DNA of 61,743 bases, counting the filler, from Nemertoderma westbladi (taxonomy: Eukaryota > Animalia > Xenacoelomorpha), in NCBI GenBank assembly GCA_032718475.1. It is 3 parts of 3 records of this genome, joined end to end, with 100 filler letters (N's around TTAATTAATTAA, not from the genome) between each part and the next. Parts side by side here need not be neighbours in the genome. Positions count along the whole stretch, not along the records: positions 1 to 21,706 come from JAUCBJ010001796.1; 2 more parts are not named here. One strand, written 5' to 3'. This document shows positions 1 through 12,387 of the stretch, in pieces. Each line of letters begins with the position of its first letter. The first letter of the stretch is position 1. The translations under genes were made by a program, and so were the position numbers. The notes below the pieces were generated by a model. It worked only from the letters and a program-made list of their open reading frames with translations, made no database searches and was not told where the DNA came from.

Positions 1-874
1 GAAGATAAGTCATTACCGCCAAGGACTGAACTTTGGCTGACTAGCCCTAAAGTGAGCTCTGCTCCAAGATATTGGAGTTCTTTCTTCCCAGGCCAGCCTT
101 AATGGGTTCATGGTAGTTGGGGAGCTCTGGCCAACTAGCCCCAGAGCACACTCTTTCCACTGGCTACTTAGTTCGTCCCAGGACCGACTATTTAGTTTTG
201 GGGGCAGAGTAGCAGTTTCCCTATAGGCTTTGACTCATCAGTTACAGCAGTGCTTGTGCACTCTGTCCGTTTGCTATACAGTTCATCCCAGGCTCGCCAG
301 GATCATTGGTATAGTTTTGAGGGCAAAGTAACAGCTAACCATTTGCGTGCAATCGGTCCCACCCCTGTTTGGACGGTAACCTGGTGTTCTGCACTATCAC
401 CAAGTTCCAATAGTGTGAAGCTGCACCAAGTTTATTACAACGTATTTCACAATTTTAGATTTTCCAGACTTTTACCCATAACTTTCATATATATTTTTTC
501 AGCGTATTTTTAGCACAACGAAATGGCTAAAAATACTGTATTTTTCTCTGTATTTTGGAATATTTTTGAGGCTATACTTTGGATCCTAACGGACCCAAAG
601 CACCCCTCACCCGGTTTCTCTTTTTCCTCATCCCAGAGGTTTTTCTATGGTGTTACAGTACACTATTTTTATATGCCAGAAGGGAGCAATATACACCTTG
701 GGAAGAACAGAGATCACTGTGTTTTTGCACTATCTTGAAAGGTTGTGGATGTCTGTAAATAACAAGTCATTGAAGGACTGTGTTCTAGTGGGAAATATTT
801 TTATGACCACCGGAAGCCAAAACAATAAGGGGAGGAAAAGCACTTCTTGGAACCTTTAGAGATTCAAAGCCGTT

Positions 875-2700
875 TTAGGAGCTTATCGTGCCAAGAGGCA
901 CGAGAAATCCATTACAGGAGTGGAGTAGAGGGGGCATTGAACCTGGGAATTGAGGTTGCGCAAAATTACCATCCAATTTGCGAGCCACGGTAAGTGGGTG
1001 TGCCCAGTCAGTTGGTTCTGTGACTCGTTCAAGTACTTTGCAGGCAACCAACCATAGAGTCACGCTCCCTCTTGACCTCATCCCGCATTACAAATGAGAT
1101 GAGACATGGCCCATTTACATGGAAAGGTATTGACCCAGGCTTCAGCATGCCAGTCATGCAAGCAAGAGGGCCTGAAGAGTCATTAAATACATCACCATAC
1201 TCGAAGGAGCGCAGGGAGGGTATTGTTTGAGACGATTCTGTGGTTGCAGTTGAAAGGGGCGAGGGGAATGGGGTGAGGTGCCAGGGCTGTTTGTAGTGAT
1301 GCTGATGGGTGCAGGAAAATTACCGGGTATGATGCCCAGTGCTTGGGTTGCCCCTAGGGAGAGGATCATTCCTGTGATATTTGATAGGAAAACATCCACT
1401 GTACAGGTCCTATCCTGATAGGAAATCTGGATTTGGAGACAGCCATGGGTGGTAGGTAAGAGGGAGGCCATCTGCTGTGAGAAGTCCAATGTTAGCTGAA
1501 GGAGTGGTTTCACCCTAAGATCCCCTGAGGTTCTAAAACAATTCCTTACTTAGGACCGATGATACAGCTCCTGTGTCAGGTAGCGCCTTGGTTACTGCGC
1601 CAAGGTGGCCTCCATCCAGGTGCACATGTAGCCCCAAGGTGCCCAATGCGGTTTATTTCAGCTTGTTAGAAGATAAATTCATTTTATGTCTCCTGGGCTG
1701 AGTAGGGTCCCTGGTCCAACGAGTGGATGTAGTGTTAGTGGTTTGGCAGACATGAGGGAGGTGTCCAGTTCTGCCGCAGGCGGAGGGGTGGCAGACAGCA
1801 TCACTCATGCCTCCCTGGAGCGTGGTCATGGCCACAGTTTCCACAATGAGGGTGATAGTTCTGATCCGCATTGCGCATTCCTGGTCAGTTTGAGGATGGC
1901 AGTTGCCACCAGATACAGGCAAGGCAGGGTGTTGGTATGGCTTTTCTTCAAGCCTTATACCGGGATACTTTGGTGATTGTACTACCAGAGCCCAGTGCAC
2001 TGTCATTGCGGCCACTGGCCTCAAATGACTGGATGCAATCTGACAGATTGAGGTTGAGGAAGAACCTTCAAGAGGTCTTTCCGGGTTTCATCATTTCGGA
2101 TTCCAATGGGGATCTGGGTTACAAGCTGCTCAACACGGTAGTGCATACAGAGTTGCGCCTCATCAGCCAATTCTTCCACTGCAATCCAGAATGAGTCAAA
2201 TAACTCACGAATGAGACATGCTGGATGCGACGATGGAAGGCTGTACGGCCCCTGTTCCACAGAGGAGGGGTGTTCCACTGGGGTCACATTACCACTGTAG
2301 TCGGGGACTGGCACAGCATGGTGGTCTCACATCTCAGCAAGGATGCAGAGAAGGCCTTCCTTAGAAGCCACAGCAGCGGCTGCCACCGCTTCACACGCCT
2401 CTGCTACAGTTTCAAATGCTCGTTACTCTGAAGCATTGTGTTGGTAGGCCAGGAACCATGCCAAGGCAGCCATGTCAAAGGGTTGTGTCGGTGAAATGCC
2501 TGCAGCCTGGCCGAGTTGACAGAGTTGCAGCAGAGTCCGGATTCGATGCAGGGTCAGAGTCAACAGTTTCTGAAGTAGGTGCTCATTGGGGTTTATTTCC
2601 GATCGCTTTTGTAGATCCTTTTTTGGGAGGCATGGTTCTGCATTCCCCTAAGCCTAGGCCCAGTTTGTGAGTTTATGTATTCAGCAGTTGGGGATTGGGG
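875..2700 (-). mobile_element. Degenerate Ty3/Gypsy LTR retrotransposon remnant (gag, protease, start of RT)
   Basis: Minus-strand fragments occur in Gypsy order: gag-like (FDSFWIAVEELADEAQLC...QIPIGIRNDETRKDLL, 2021-2314), a zinc-knuckle relic (ACGRTGHLPHVC, ~1740-1790), the protease motif ALPDTGA (~1565-1590), a protease C-terminal part (1154-1513) and the RT N-terminal motif VTEPTDWAHPLTVARKLDG (875-1081). Many stops and frameshifts. Confidence 0.8.
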
Positions 2701-2742
2701 AATATGGTAATTGATTTGATTTCTTGTAGGAAGAGTTTGCAG

Positions 2743-2890
2743 TGTTGCACCGGTAATTTGCGGATTACAGAATTGACAATTCTGCAATCTGCAAGTAAAT
2801 CATCTACCAGTACTGGTGCATTGTTGCACCGGTAATTTGCGGATTACAGAATTGACAATTCTGCAATCTGCATGTAAGTCATCTACCAGT
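2743..2890. repeat. Direct tandem duplication, period ~79 bp, upstream of the Gypsy gag relic
   Basis: tgttgcaccggtaatttgcggattacagaattgacaattctgcaatctgca...tcatctaccagt occurs at 2743 and 2822. Confidence 0.9.
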
Positions 2891-4379
2891 CCAGATAGAA
2901 CTACACACTGTATCATGTGAGATGCATTCCGCTTGTGTTTGACTCTCAAAGCATAGAGCAGCACAAATAGCCAAAGGCCACGCAGAATAATAACTATGGA
3001 CTGATACAGCTACAGTTTGATAGTCTATATCCCAGTATTCATAGTGCTGTATATATTTAGATGAACATTATACCAGTAACAGTATTACTACATACAGCAT
3101 GCATAAAGACGTCTTGTACCAGTATCTCAACCTATGTTAAAATGTCCCAGGATCCGTATCTGGTCTTAGATCCTGGAAAGATGAGTCAGTCTATAAAGAT
3201 GATGAATCAATAGTCTTGCACGGGCCAAGCCCGAGTCCAACAGCCAGCTTACGAACAATACCATAAAATCACTATAAGATGGAAGAAATAACTGCAGTGC
3301 GACTGATGCAATATCGACAAAGACACCTACTGTATTTTAAACGCTTGTAGCTAAATAATGAAAGCTAAATAATTCAGACTCATCCACTAAGGGAGGAGGA
3401 TAGGTGAAACTATTTCTGTTTCATAATTGACTCAAAATATAAGTAAGATTTGAAAAATATTGGAGGTTCCATGTCCCAGGCATAATCGTACAATAATGTA
3501 CACGAACGCGTACTCACAAAACAATTCTAAGGGTAGAATCGCATTTGCATGTATGTAAGTAAGTCAGTAACAGTAACAGTAATGTACTGGTACCAGTTAT
3601 ACGCCTGACCTGAAATATAGTATCTTAATTCTGTGACTTACCATGGCCATATGTTACAGCCACGAGAGGGAGAATCATTTCTAGCTTGCTTCTAGAGTTT
3701 CGTGTTTCACATTCACTGATATCTTTTTCGCTATATTTTTTGCCCCAATATTGAAACTCACTTACCCACACTAATAGAAAAGTCAGGCATATTTTTAACA
3801 TCAACAAGCTTTCACATAAATACACTCACAATGCCCTTTACCAATTTATTTTGACATTTTTTGTTTCTTGAATGTAGGTATGGGTGGGGTTGGGTACTCT
3901 GAATCCAAACTGTCCTCCCACTTCTAATGAGATCGAAACATGTAAGACTTGATCAGAGGAACATTGTGGGTGGGTTGTATACGTATGTACCATGAATATT
4001 TAATTAATTAGGAGTAACCTTTACTGGCAAAAACACTGGATTGTAGAAGTATTTTAAAGTAAAGACACTGCTTGTTACTATGGAATGCCAATACAATGTT
4101 ATTTTGAATCAAAACTAATTGATGTTTGTTTCCCAAGGTGAGGGCTAGCCATGTAATTTGTTGTTATCTAATATGAAAGTGACACATCCATTAAACATTG
4201 CATTTGTCAAATACAGCCCTAATTCAATTACTTTGTATCTCATGTATCATCTTAGGTTACCAAATTGTGATGCAGCATCATTGTTTCCAACATGCATTCA
4301 CATTATTAAAAAAACACAAGAGATCCACTAGTGATATTTAAATAGAGGAACTACCACGTAAACAAGTCATTCATGTCCA

Positions 4380-4450
4380 CAGAGGCGCCGCTAGGGTGGG
4401 GCAGGGATGGTCGGACGCCCGTGGGCGCCGCCTCAGAGGGCGCAAAATTT
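4380..4450 (+). mobile_element. Possible terminus of a non-autonomous hAT-like DNA transposon
   Basis: GC-rich CAGAGGCGCCGCTAGGG...GGCGCCGCC...GGGCGCAAAATTT resembles common CAG-starting MITE ends. No partner end was found. Confidence 0.3.
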
Positions 4451-4532
4451 AGAAATATTTAGGAGAGGAAATTTGGATTATTATAAGCAAAAATTTTGAA
4501 ATTTAATCATTAGTACAGTAGTTGTGGCTACA

Positions 4533-5300
4533 TTAAGGCCCACCAACCTAGAAAGACAAGACGTACTGCAGGCAGGCCTATACATTATCTGTTGTTATTG
4601 GTATAAACTGACTCTACAGTATTAAAGGCAACCCCAGTGAGTTAATTGCAGTGAGCAATTTGTATCAGTGTGGCCTTTATAAATAATGTTCTTTATCAGT
4701 GGGCCTTAAGGTCCACTGATAGGGGGGTACTGGCTTTCAAATTTTTTTTTCAAAATTTTTTTATATTTCATCTAGAGCAGTTTTGATCAAGATTCCAAAT
4801 ATGAAAACCGTTTAGCAAGATAATCTGTCTTACGTCTCAGTCTGTCCGTTTTACTGTTGGCCTGCCCGTCAGTATGTCTCCAAAACAATGGAATTCATAC
4901 TATCTGCCTCAAAAATTTCCTATATGGGTTTTCTTGGTCCGTGACTTCATTCCTGATATCAGTATTCAAATTTGGCGTCGTCGTTCCTGTCTGTAAGCCT
5001 GTCAGTCTGTCCGTCAAAATAAAACCGACAGCCAAACTGACAATTTGGAAGTCAACAAATGTTAAAACTGACCGTCGAAATGGATTCTGCGACCAGGAAA
5101 CCCATAGAGCTAAACCTTTAGCTCTGCTCTGATGGTCTGATATTTAACGGACAGATTGTTGACAGACGAACACGTCAAACAGACTTACTTGATTTCATTA
5201 AAAGTGAAAACTGACCTCAGAAATGAAATCAGCGACCAGGAAACCCGACAAAATGTTTTTGTGCTTTCCTGTTGGTATATATAACAGTCATTCTCACATA
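4533..5300. mobile_element. Cluster of TTAA-flanked Kolobok-like non-autonomous DNA transposon ends
   Basis: TTAA|GGCCCAC at 4533 pairs with GTGGGCC|TTAA at 4699-4709. The same TTAA is followed by GGTCCACTGAT. Subterminal motifs gaaatg..atc(t/a)gcgaccaggaaaccc recur at ~5077 and ~5220. Confidence 0.45.
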
Positions 5301-6099
5301 TTAACAGAGTTTTTGCGCAGGAAGGTTCAAACTTTAAAGGCAATTATCTCTGCATGGTATTTTTAAAACACATCCTCCGCCATTTTTAAACCAATACGTA
5401 AGTTTTTGGTATCAAAAGAAAGCTACAAGTACTATCTATATGCGCAACAATAAAATTCGAGCAGTTATTTTAGTTTTGCATTTGTTCATCAAATTTTTTA
5501 CGAAAAAATAAACAGTGTTTTTTTTAAGTATTTTGAAAAATAAGCGCAAAAAACTAAGCTCCGTCTCTGCCTGTCCATGCATAATTTATTTACTGACAAT
5601 ACCAACACACCAACAGTCAATAACAACAGTCAATTGCTGATGACTGAATATATATTTTTAAGGCGGGAAGCAGATCTGTAGGTGTTCTGTACAGCTGTAG
5701 CTACTGATCTGCTACCAGTCTCAAATCCTTTAAGTATGTTTACTGTTACGAGCCAAGCCGAAACACAGGCTAACCAACGCAATAACCTATATTTCAATTT
5801 AGGCCTCGCAGTCTCTCCCTTATCGCCACTAAGTAAGCAGTAATGAAAGCAACCCGAAGTGTCTGTATCTACCTAAATTACAACCTGAGTGCAGGCAGCC
5901 AGAAGCACTCGGTCTGTCTGCTAGTTATCAAGGATAGCGCAGTCCATACAATAAATGTTTGTATGGATAATATTTTAATTTATTTAATTCCTAAAATCGT
6001 GGGGTGGGTCTGTGGCGGAAACCAGGATACTCCTGTGTACTAACGGTAATCAGTATTCTTACTGCCTGCTGTATTACTGGCGAATTACTAAAACTGACA

Positions 6100-6240
6100 A
6101 AAATAATTACCGGTATAGTTAAAACCTTAGTTAATTACCGGAAAATAGTTATCGGTTGTCATAAAAGGCGGCCTTTTATGACAACCGATAACTATTTTCC
6201 GGTAATTAACTAAGGTCTTAACTATACCGATAATTATTTT
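6100..6240. repeat. 141-bp near-perfect palindrome (70-bp arms, 1-nt centre, 2 mismatches)
   Basis: 6100-6169 is the reverse complement of 6171-6240 except at two positions. Confidence 0.95.
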
Positions 6241-6610
6241 CCAAATGTAAACAAAACTAGTCATATTCTCCGCTATGCAGCGTAATGTCCCTAACTTACC
6301 CAAATGTATGGAGCTACGCTAATTTAATTTATAAAGAATTGCTAATTATCTCATTATTTAATATTCCAGAATTCGTAACCCTAATTCTAGTTACGTTAAT
6401 AGTTTACATAGAGTTCGCCTAATTATACTGTATTAATTTGACCTAATTTATGATTCAATCAAAGTTATCAGCAAGAAACAAAAATAAAACAAGAAATTGT
6501 GCAAGCATCAGTCATCAGTAGCGTTACCAGTATTAGCGGAAAACAATACAGTATTAGCCCCAGACATAGCAACACTTAACACAGGACAGCATTAGCAACA
6601 CAGCATTCTA

Positions 6611-6690
6611 TGATTCATTTTCATTTCATTCCCGGTTTACGCCCCGGTGGCTAAATTCAGTTAATCACAAAATAAAGTGGTCATGCACTG
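6611..6690 (-). mobile_element. Short 3' end of a LINE/SINE related to the LINE at 50520-51585
   Basis: A simple-repeat tail is followed by ccggtttacgccccggtggctaaatt, which matches ccggcttgcgccccggcggctatatt next to the tail at ~50540. Confidence 0.5.
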
Positions 6691-7168
6691 ATTAAAATAT
6701 AGGAACAAAATGTGAGAGGGTAGTATATGAATTAACAAACCCGAAACGGCTGAAGGAGACACAGAATCTAAATTGCAGTCCCCCCCCCCCCCCCCCCCTC
6801 CCTCCCTCCCTATGGGATAACCAGAAGCGCTGACTTCCACCAACACAGAAATATCTGTTGCGCCTAACTTGCGTTTCCTGGCCAGCCAAAACTGTCAGAC
6901 ATGCACCTTAGAATTTAATTCTGAGCTTGCATGCAAAAATTTAGGGTCCAATACAAAAGTATAAAAATTTTATAGGCAATTCTCTAAACCTATCTTACTT
7001 ATCAATATTTGTGATTTAATCACAATTTAAAAAATATAATTCATCCAGCGTTGGTCATCAGATTTACAGCCATGTTTCCCCTTTGCAGCACGGGGAGCTC
7101 CTCGATACTGGCAAAGGATGTAGGCCCTTAAAAGGGCCGTTTTGGTTTGAGTTCAGTTTGATTATGCC

Positions 7169-9296
7169 TACTACTACTACTACTACTACTAGGATCGGCA
7201 TGCTGCATTGCAGCTGCATTTTTAAGAATGCTGTGCCGGCTTGTCAACAAAATTGCACCGCCACAACTCCCTATCACCCATGACATTTGCTAGATCATCC
7301 GCATCTTTAAGGCCAGTGTCATTTAAGATGCGTCTCAAGAAAGTCATGGGCTGTCCACCATGCTTATTCACTCCATGAGGCTGCCAAAGTACAAGATTAT
7401 GCACTGGCTGGTCCTCACGGCGAAAGCAATGTCCTGCAAAGCGGAGGCGATTTTGTTCTAGTGTCAAGCTTGGGGGAACCAATGAGACACCTCCAATGTT
7501 ATATAGTGTCTGGTTGGAGATGTGTGCATTGTACTTGACACAATGAACCCGGCGTAGCATTCTTGTGAATGTGCCATCCAGAGATTTGGTGTCCTCAGCA
7601 GTTAGAGCCCAGCATGGACTCCCGTAGAGGAGTACTGGAACTACTGCTGCTCTAAATAATCTGACCTTAAGTTTCCGATTAATTCTCGGTGACTTCCAAA
7701 TCCTGGAAAGCCTATTCAAGGCTGCCCATGCCTTTCCCTTACGTATTCGAAGGTCCTCACCTGACTTCCGGATCCATGATCCCAGGTAACAGAAGTCGTC
7801 CACATGCTCAAGCATACCATCCTTTGAGCTTATGCTCATCCGATCAGAGACTTGCTGAGGACTTTCAAAGCTAACTGTCAGAATTTTGGTCTTTCTGGAG
7901 TTAATAAAAAGACCAACACTAGAAGCAGCATGTTCTAATGAGCTGAGGAGCTGTTGGGCTCCCTCTAATGATTCTGAGAGTACTGCTAAGTCATCAGCAA
8001 AGTCTAGATCAGTTAGGTACTTGGCAGGATTTCCTCGACTTCTGGAGCCAGTAGGTGGAGTTATCATCACCCCATCATCATTATAATGATCTAAGGACAT
8101 GCGTAGAACATAGTCAACCACAATAATGAACAAGAATGGTGCAAGTGTGTCTCCTTGGAGGACGCCCCATAACACTTCAAATGGTTCTGTGTCACCGTCA
8201 ACAGTAGACACAAATGTTGTCGAACCATCATATACTGATCTGATTGCTGCAATAATTTCATCAGGAATCCCATATAATGAAAGTATGCTGAACATACGTG
8301 AGCGAGAGACTGAGTCAAAGGCCTTGAAGAAGTCAACAAAGATAACAGCCAGATGCCTGTCTTTCTTTTTTGATAACTCTTCAATTATCCTTCTAAGTGC
8401 CAAAATGGGCTCCATGGTCCCACGACCTTTACGGAACCCATTCTGATTTCCACGGAGCAGTCTCTCAATGGGATCCCTGATGCGATTTAATAGAATCCTA
8501 TTGTATAGCTTTGCAGCAATCGAGATCAATGAGATTCCCCGAAAAGAACCATAGAGTGTTAGGTTGCCCTTCTTGGGAACTGGCACCAACTTATTTGTTT
8601 TCATTTCTTGTGGGACTCTTGTTGTTCGGTACATGTCTACTATGATGGGATAGATGAGCTTTAAACACTCAGGTATTTTAAAGACCTCAGGGGGAACACC
8701 ATCTACTCCACTGGCACGATTGGTCTTAATGCTCTTTGCAGCAGCCTTCACTTCTGTAAAGGAGATATCGCCAATGGGAATATCTGGGAGTACAGACTCA
8801 GACACTTTTACTTCTATAAAGTTATCAGGCAATACCCTGTCATTATTGAGGAGCTTTTCAAAGTGGGCTTTCCAACCATTGAGGCGATCGGCTGGTGATT
8901 CAGCCTTAACCTTGGTGGTTGGTTGGCTTTTCCGCCCAGTAAGCAGATTGATCGATTTCCATGCCTGGGATGATTGCCTGCTGTCGTCAGCATCATTGAT
9001 GGCATCAACCTGTTGGTTTATTAGCTCCTGTAGATTAGCAGAGTACTGCCTGTTCAGGGACCTAGATGCAGCCTTAACTGCATTCTTGGCTGCTGTAGTC
9101 TGTTTGAGCCGGGACTCTTTCTGCGCCTTATGAAGGTCATTTCGGCACTTCTGAATTTTGTTGTCAGTCCAGGGGGCCCTTTTCCTGTTTCGAGGGTATA
9201 CATGAACTGTTTCTGCACCTGCTAACTTAACTGCTTCTGTAAAGGCAGTATAGCCCTCACAGTGATCTGCCGCCTCAGAGGCAAGAGCCTCATACC
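7169..9296 (-). mobile_element. 5'-truncated RTE-like LINE (family A) with (TAG)n tail and 11-bp TSD
   Basis: TSD TTGATTATGCC at 7158-7168 and 9297-9307; (cta)n tail from 7169. The reading frame is open from ~9296 to the stop at 7222. Confidence 0.92.
7222..8832 (-). CDS. Non-LTR reverse transcriptase domain (frame continues without a start codon to ~9296)
   Basis: Motifs FRGISL, QNGFR, FVDFFKAFDSV, GVLQGDTLAPFLF, LDFADD and FCYLGS, plus an RTE-like C-terminus (RLRFAGHCFRR...W). Confidence 0.92.
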   Translation of the reverse strand: MPDNFIEVKVSESVLPDIPIGDISFTEVKAAAKSIKTNRASGVDGVPPEVFKIPECLKLIYPIIVDMYRTTRVPQEMKTNKLVPVPKKGNLTLYGSFRGISLISIAAKLYNRILLNRIRDPIERLLRGNQNGFRKGRGTMEPILALRRIIEELSKKKDRHLAVIFVDFFKAFDSVSRSRMFSILSLYGIPDEIIAAIRSVYDGSTTFVSTVDGDTEPFEVLWGVLQGDTLAPFLFIIVVDYVLRMSLDHYNDDGVMITPPTGSRSRGNPAKYLTDLDFADDLAVLSESLEGAQQLLSSLEHAASSVGLFINSRKTKILTVSFESPQQVSDRMSISSKDGMLEHVDDFCYLGSWIRKSGEDLRIRKGKAWAALNRLSRIWKSPRINRKLKVRLFRAAVVPVLLYGSPCWALTAEDTKSLDGTFTRMLRRVHCVKYNAHISNQTLYNIGGVSLVPPSLTLEQNRLRFAGHCFRREDQPVHNLVLWQPHGVNKHGGQPMTFLRRILNDTGLKDADDLANVMGDRELWRCNFVDKPAQHS

Positions 9297-9325
9297 TTGA
9301 TTATGCCACAGAATCACGACCCTCT

Positions 9326-11330
9326 CTAAAAAGGTGCATGTCTGACCTCGATGTTTGGTGGCTGCCCAAGCAAATTGCTGAAGTGATTTTTCCACTTCCC
9401 AACACGTTCTTCAGGACTATCGGCTTTAAGGCGCCCCTTTGCACAGCTTTTCCGACCAGATACCTCATTTACAGTTTTCCAGGTAAGTCTTGATTGTTGC
9501 TGTATGTGAGCAGTTGTAATTGCTTCAGTTTTATCTTGTATGTACTTTTCCTGGCTGATGTTGTAGGCCAATTTAAGATCGTCCTTAGCTTTCTCAACCT
9601 TGTTAATGTTTTCGGTTGTTGGTTGTTCGGTTTTAACTTTGTAGGCTATCTTAAGATCTTCTCTCTTACAAGTAACCTCAGAGTTTTGCCATGGCACATA
9701 CTGTTTTCGTTTGGCCTCTTATTCGATATGCATCTTAGCTGATTCCTTGTGGGCTGTTATTATATTCTGGTATATTGAATTGTTGGATTGGTCTTCATCC
9801 ATTGACTGAAGTGCTTCAAAGTGGTTTTGAACTTCTACTGTATAAGCATCCTTGCAGCATTGTCAGTTCTGAGTTTATCCCAGTCATATTTGATTTGCTT
9901 GCTTGTCCTGGGTTTCATGGCTCTCAAACTGAGTCTGATCTCTGCTGTCACAATTCTGTGGTCCGAACCAATTAGGTTAAACGAGCTGTATGCCTCGCAG
10001 TTGATCATGCTGTTTCTCCATGTTTTGTTTATAAGGATGTAATCCAGTTGTGCTTTGGTTCCATTAGGGTATTGAAAGGTCCATAGCTTTCCCTTACTCT
10101 ATTCGAATGTGTTGTTTGTTGGTATCAATTCACATTCTTCCATTAGGTCTAAAAGTAAGTACCCATTTCTGTAAGAACTGGTGTTATAGGTGTAACCCTT
10201 GATGTCTTCTGGGCCAATTTGTGCATTCAGGTCACCAGCAACGACTTTAACATTGTGTTTCGGAATGTCCTTTATAAGTCCAGTCAGTTCTTCATAAAAC
10301 TTGACTGCTTGTTCTGGCTCTGAGGCATTGGTTGGACTGTAGCAACATATAACTGTTACTTTGGGATTCCCATCAAATGTTGCGATCATAACCCTGGAAT
10401 TTATAGATTCGATGTTGTTTAGGGTCTTAAGTGCAAATGGGCTTAGCAGAATTCCTACTCCACCAATTGATGCATTAGCCGAGTTTCTTACTGCTGAGCT
10501 TGTTACTAACGTCCATCCATTCCCAATGTCATTGTACTTCATGGCAGTGTCTTCATGACAAATCCGATGTTTTTGGATGCAGATGATGTCGATGTTATAT
10601 TCCATTGCCAGAGCGACCATGTCACCCTGTTTGGTATGTGCTTTCAGCGTGCGTGCGTTCATTGTAGCAATCTTTAGTGTCTTTTTACATTTCAACAGGT
10701 TGGTTATTCTTTCTTCTCTGTCTTCTGTTCTAGTAGCCAATTTATCGACCCCAGCCTGGTGTACCACTGAGGGACGCGGTCCTTGTTGACCCGGGCGACG
10801 ACCGAGCCGGTATTTCTCCTGGAGGGTTCTCATACTCATATCTTTCAGTTGCGGGAGTAAACCGCTTGTGGTCGCAACTCCTACAGGCGTCTTCGCAGTA
10901 GGTCGCCATTGGTTGATTACCTTCCGCCGACCTTGTCAGCACGTCTAGTCATTGGTTGATTACCTTCCGCCTATCCATGGCCTACAGCCCTGCTGCCGAT
11001 TGTAGGGGTCCTTTTGTTACACCCTGAACCAAGTGTGCCTCCTGGGTTAGGTTACCTAACAGTGGTAGAGGAGCATCCAGTATAGACAGGGCGGGGCGTG
11101 TATCATCTCTAATGCAGATGCGTATCAAGCCTTTGCCTTCAATGGTGCCTAGGCGCTATAGCCCTCAATGACTTATTTAGTTGACAGGGCTAAACCAACC
11201 CACTCTTGATCAACTAAATAATGAATAGGCTATGCTTATCGGGCCTGCCCTACTGGGCTGACAGGTAGTACCACATTACTGCCATAGTGGTAGCAGGATC
11301 TGGGGACCTGACCTGACCTGAATCTAGTAT
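9326..11330 (-). mobile_element. 3'-truncated RTE-like LINE (family B): structured 5' UTR, AP endonuclease and linker, with stops
   Basis: ORF 10099-10839 has APE motifs (IATMNARTL, DIICIQ, GVGILL, CYSPTN, VAGDLNAQIG). It continues into QLDYIL/SDH-type sequence and linker ORF 9326-9697. No RT follows. Confidence 0.85.
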
Positions 11331-11701
11331 CTAGTAACCAGTATCAAGGTACTGATATCTACCTAACCTTCTGACGCTACCTGACCTTCTGTTATATCGG
11401 TATATATCCTGACATCGCTTAGGAATGTTGTATGTGTGCCAAAACCAGACCCAAACCAGCACTCAACTAAACCAGACCTGCGGGTCAGATAACTGTAGTC
11501 ATCAGGTTCACTATCCGTTTATTCATCATAAATTGGCCTTGTCAACTTAACATTACCAGGGTATAACTCCTCCGAATCACTAGATTTACTATCCTGTTCA
11601 ATACAATCCCTTCTAGACCCGTCTATATCTGGTGGGTCTATGTAATTGTGTGTTTTTAGAGGTGTTCGTTGTCTGGGTTGCGTTGTAAGCGTCTGAGTTG
11701 T

Positions 11702-11906
11702 AGTTTACAAATTCACACACCCAGCCACGAATTGGAATCCCCAATTACAAAGTCAACAAACTGCTTAGTTACAAATTCACGCACCCAGCCACGAATTGGA
11801 ATCCCCGATTACAAAGTCAACAAACTGCTTAGTTACAAATTCACGCACCCAGCCACGAATTGGAGTCCCCGAATTCAAAGTCAACAAACTGCTTAGTTAC
11901 AGATTC
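11702..11906. repeat. 64-bp tandem repeat, ~3 copies
   Basis: ttacaaattcac(a/g)cacccagccacgaattgga...caaagtcaacaaactgcttag starts at 11705, 11769, 11833 and (partial) 11897. Confidence 0.92.
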
Positions 11907-12387
11907 GTGTAGCCGATAACGAATCCAACCACACAGTAACTAATCTGAGCACCAACAAGATTAAAATACAAATGTACAATTTTCGACTAATTATGCTAAT
12001 CTGACACGATCTGGCATTTAGGCACACGGTTTGCGTTCTTATCATTGTGGAACATCAATTTCATCTTGGAACCCACGGCCTTTGTGAGAATAATAGAAGG
12101 ACATTGTTGCATTAGAAACAGGGCGGTATTACATGCAACAATAACAATTTACCACTAATGTAGATGGTAGTAGGAAAGGTAAGCACTCTGATTCTGACTG
12201 ACTAATTATAATAATGCTCTGAAATAATAGTTACTACAGATCTGTAAAACCATTAAGGCTCGCTCGTGATTCTGTCCAATTCAATTCAATCAATAAATTA
12301 TTTACTCTTTCATCATGACGGAAATTATAATATAAATAAATTATGAAGTTAAGTTATAGAAACCAATATGAGTGGTAGAAGATACAT

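Noticed and set aside
1-420. Possible Gypsy integrase C-terminal remnant
   Set aside because: Similarity is too degraded to support by eye.
2908-3080. Possible 5' LTR of the Gypsy relic (TG...CA)
   Set aside because: There is no second LTR in the window and no convincing primer-binding site.
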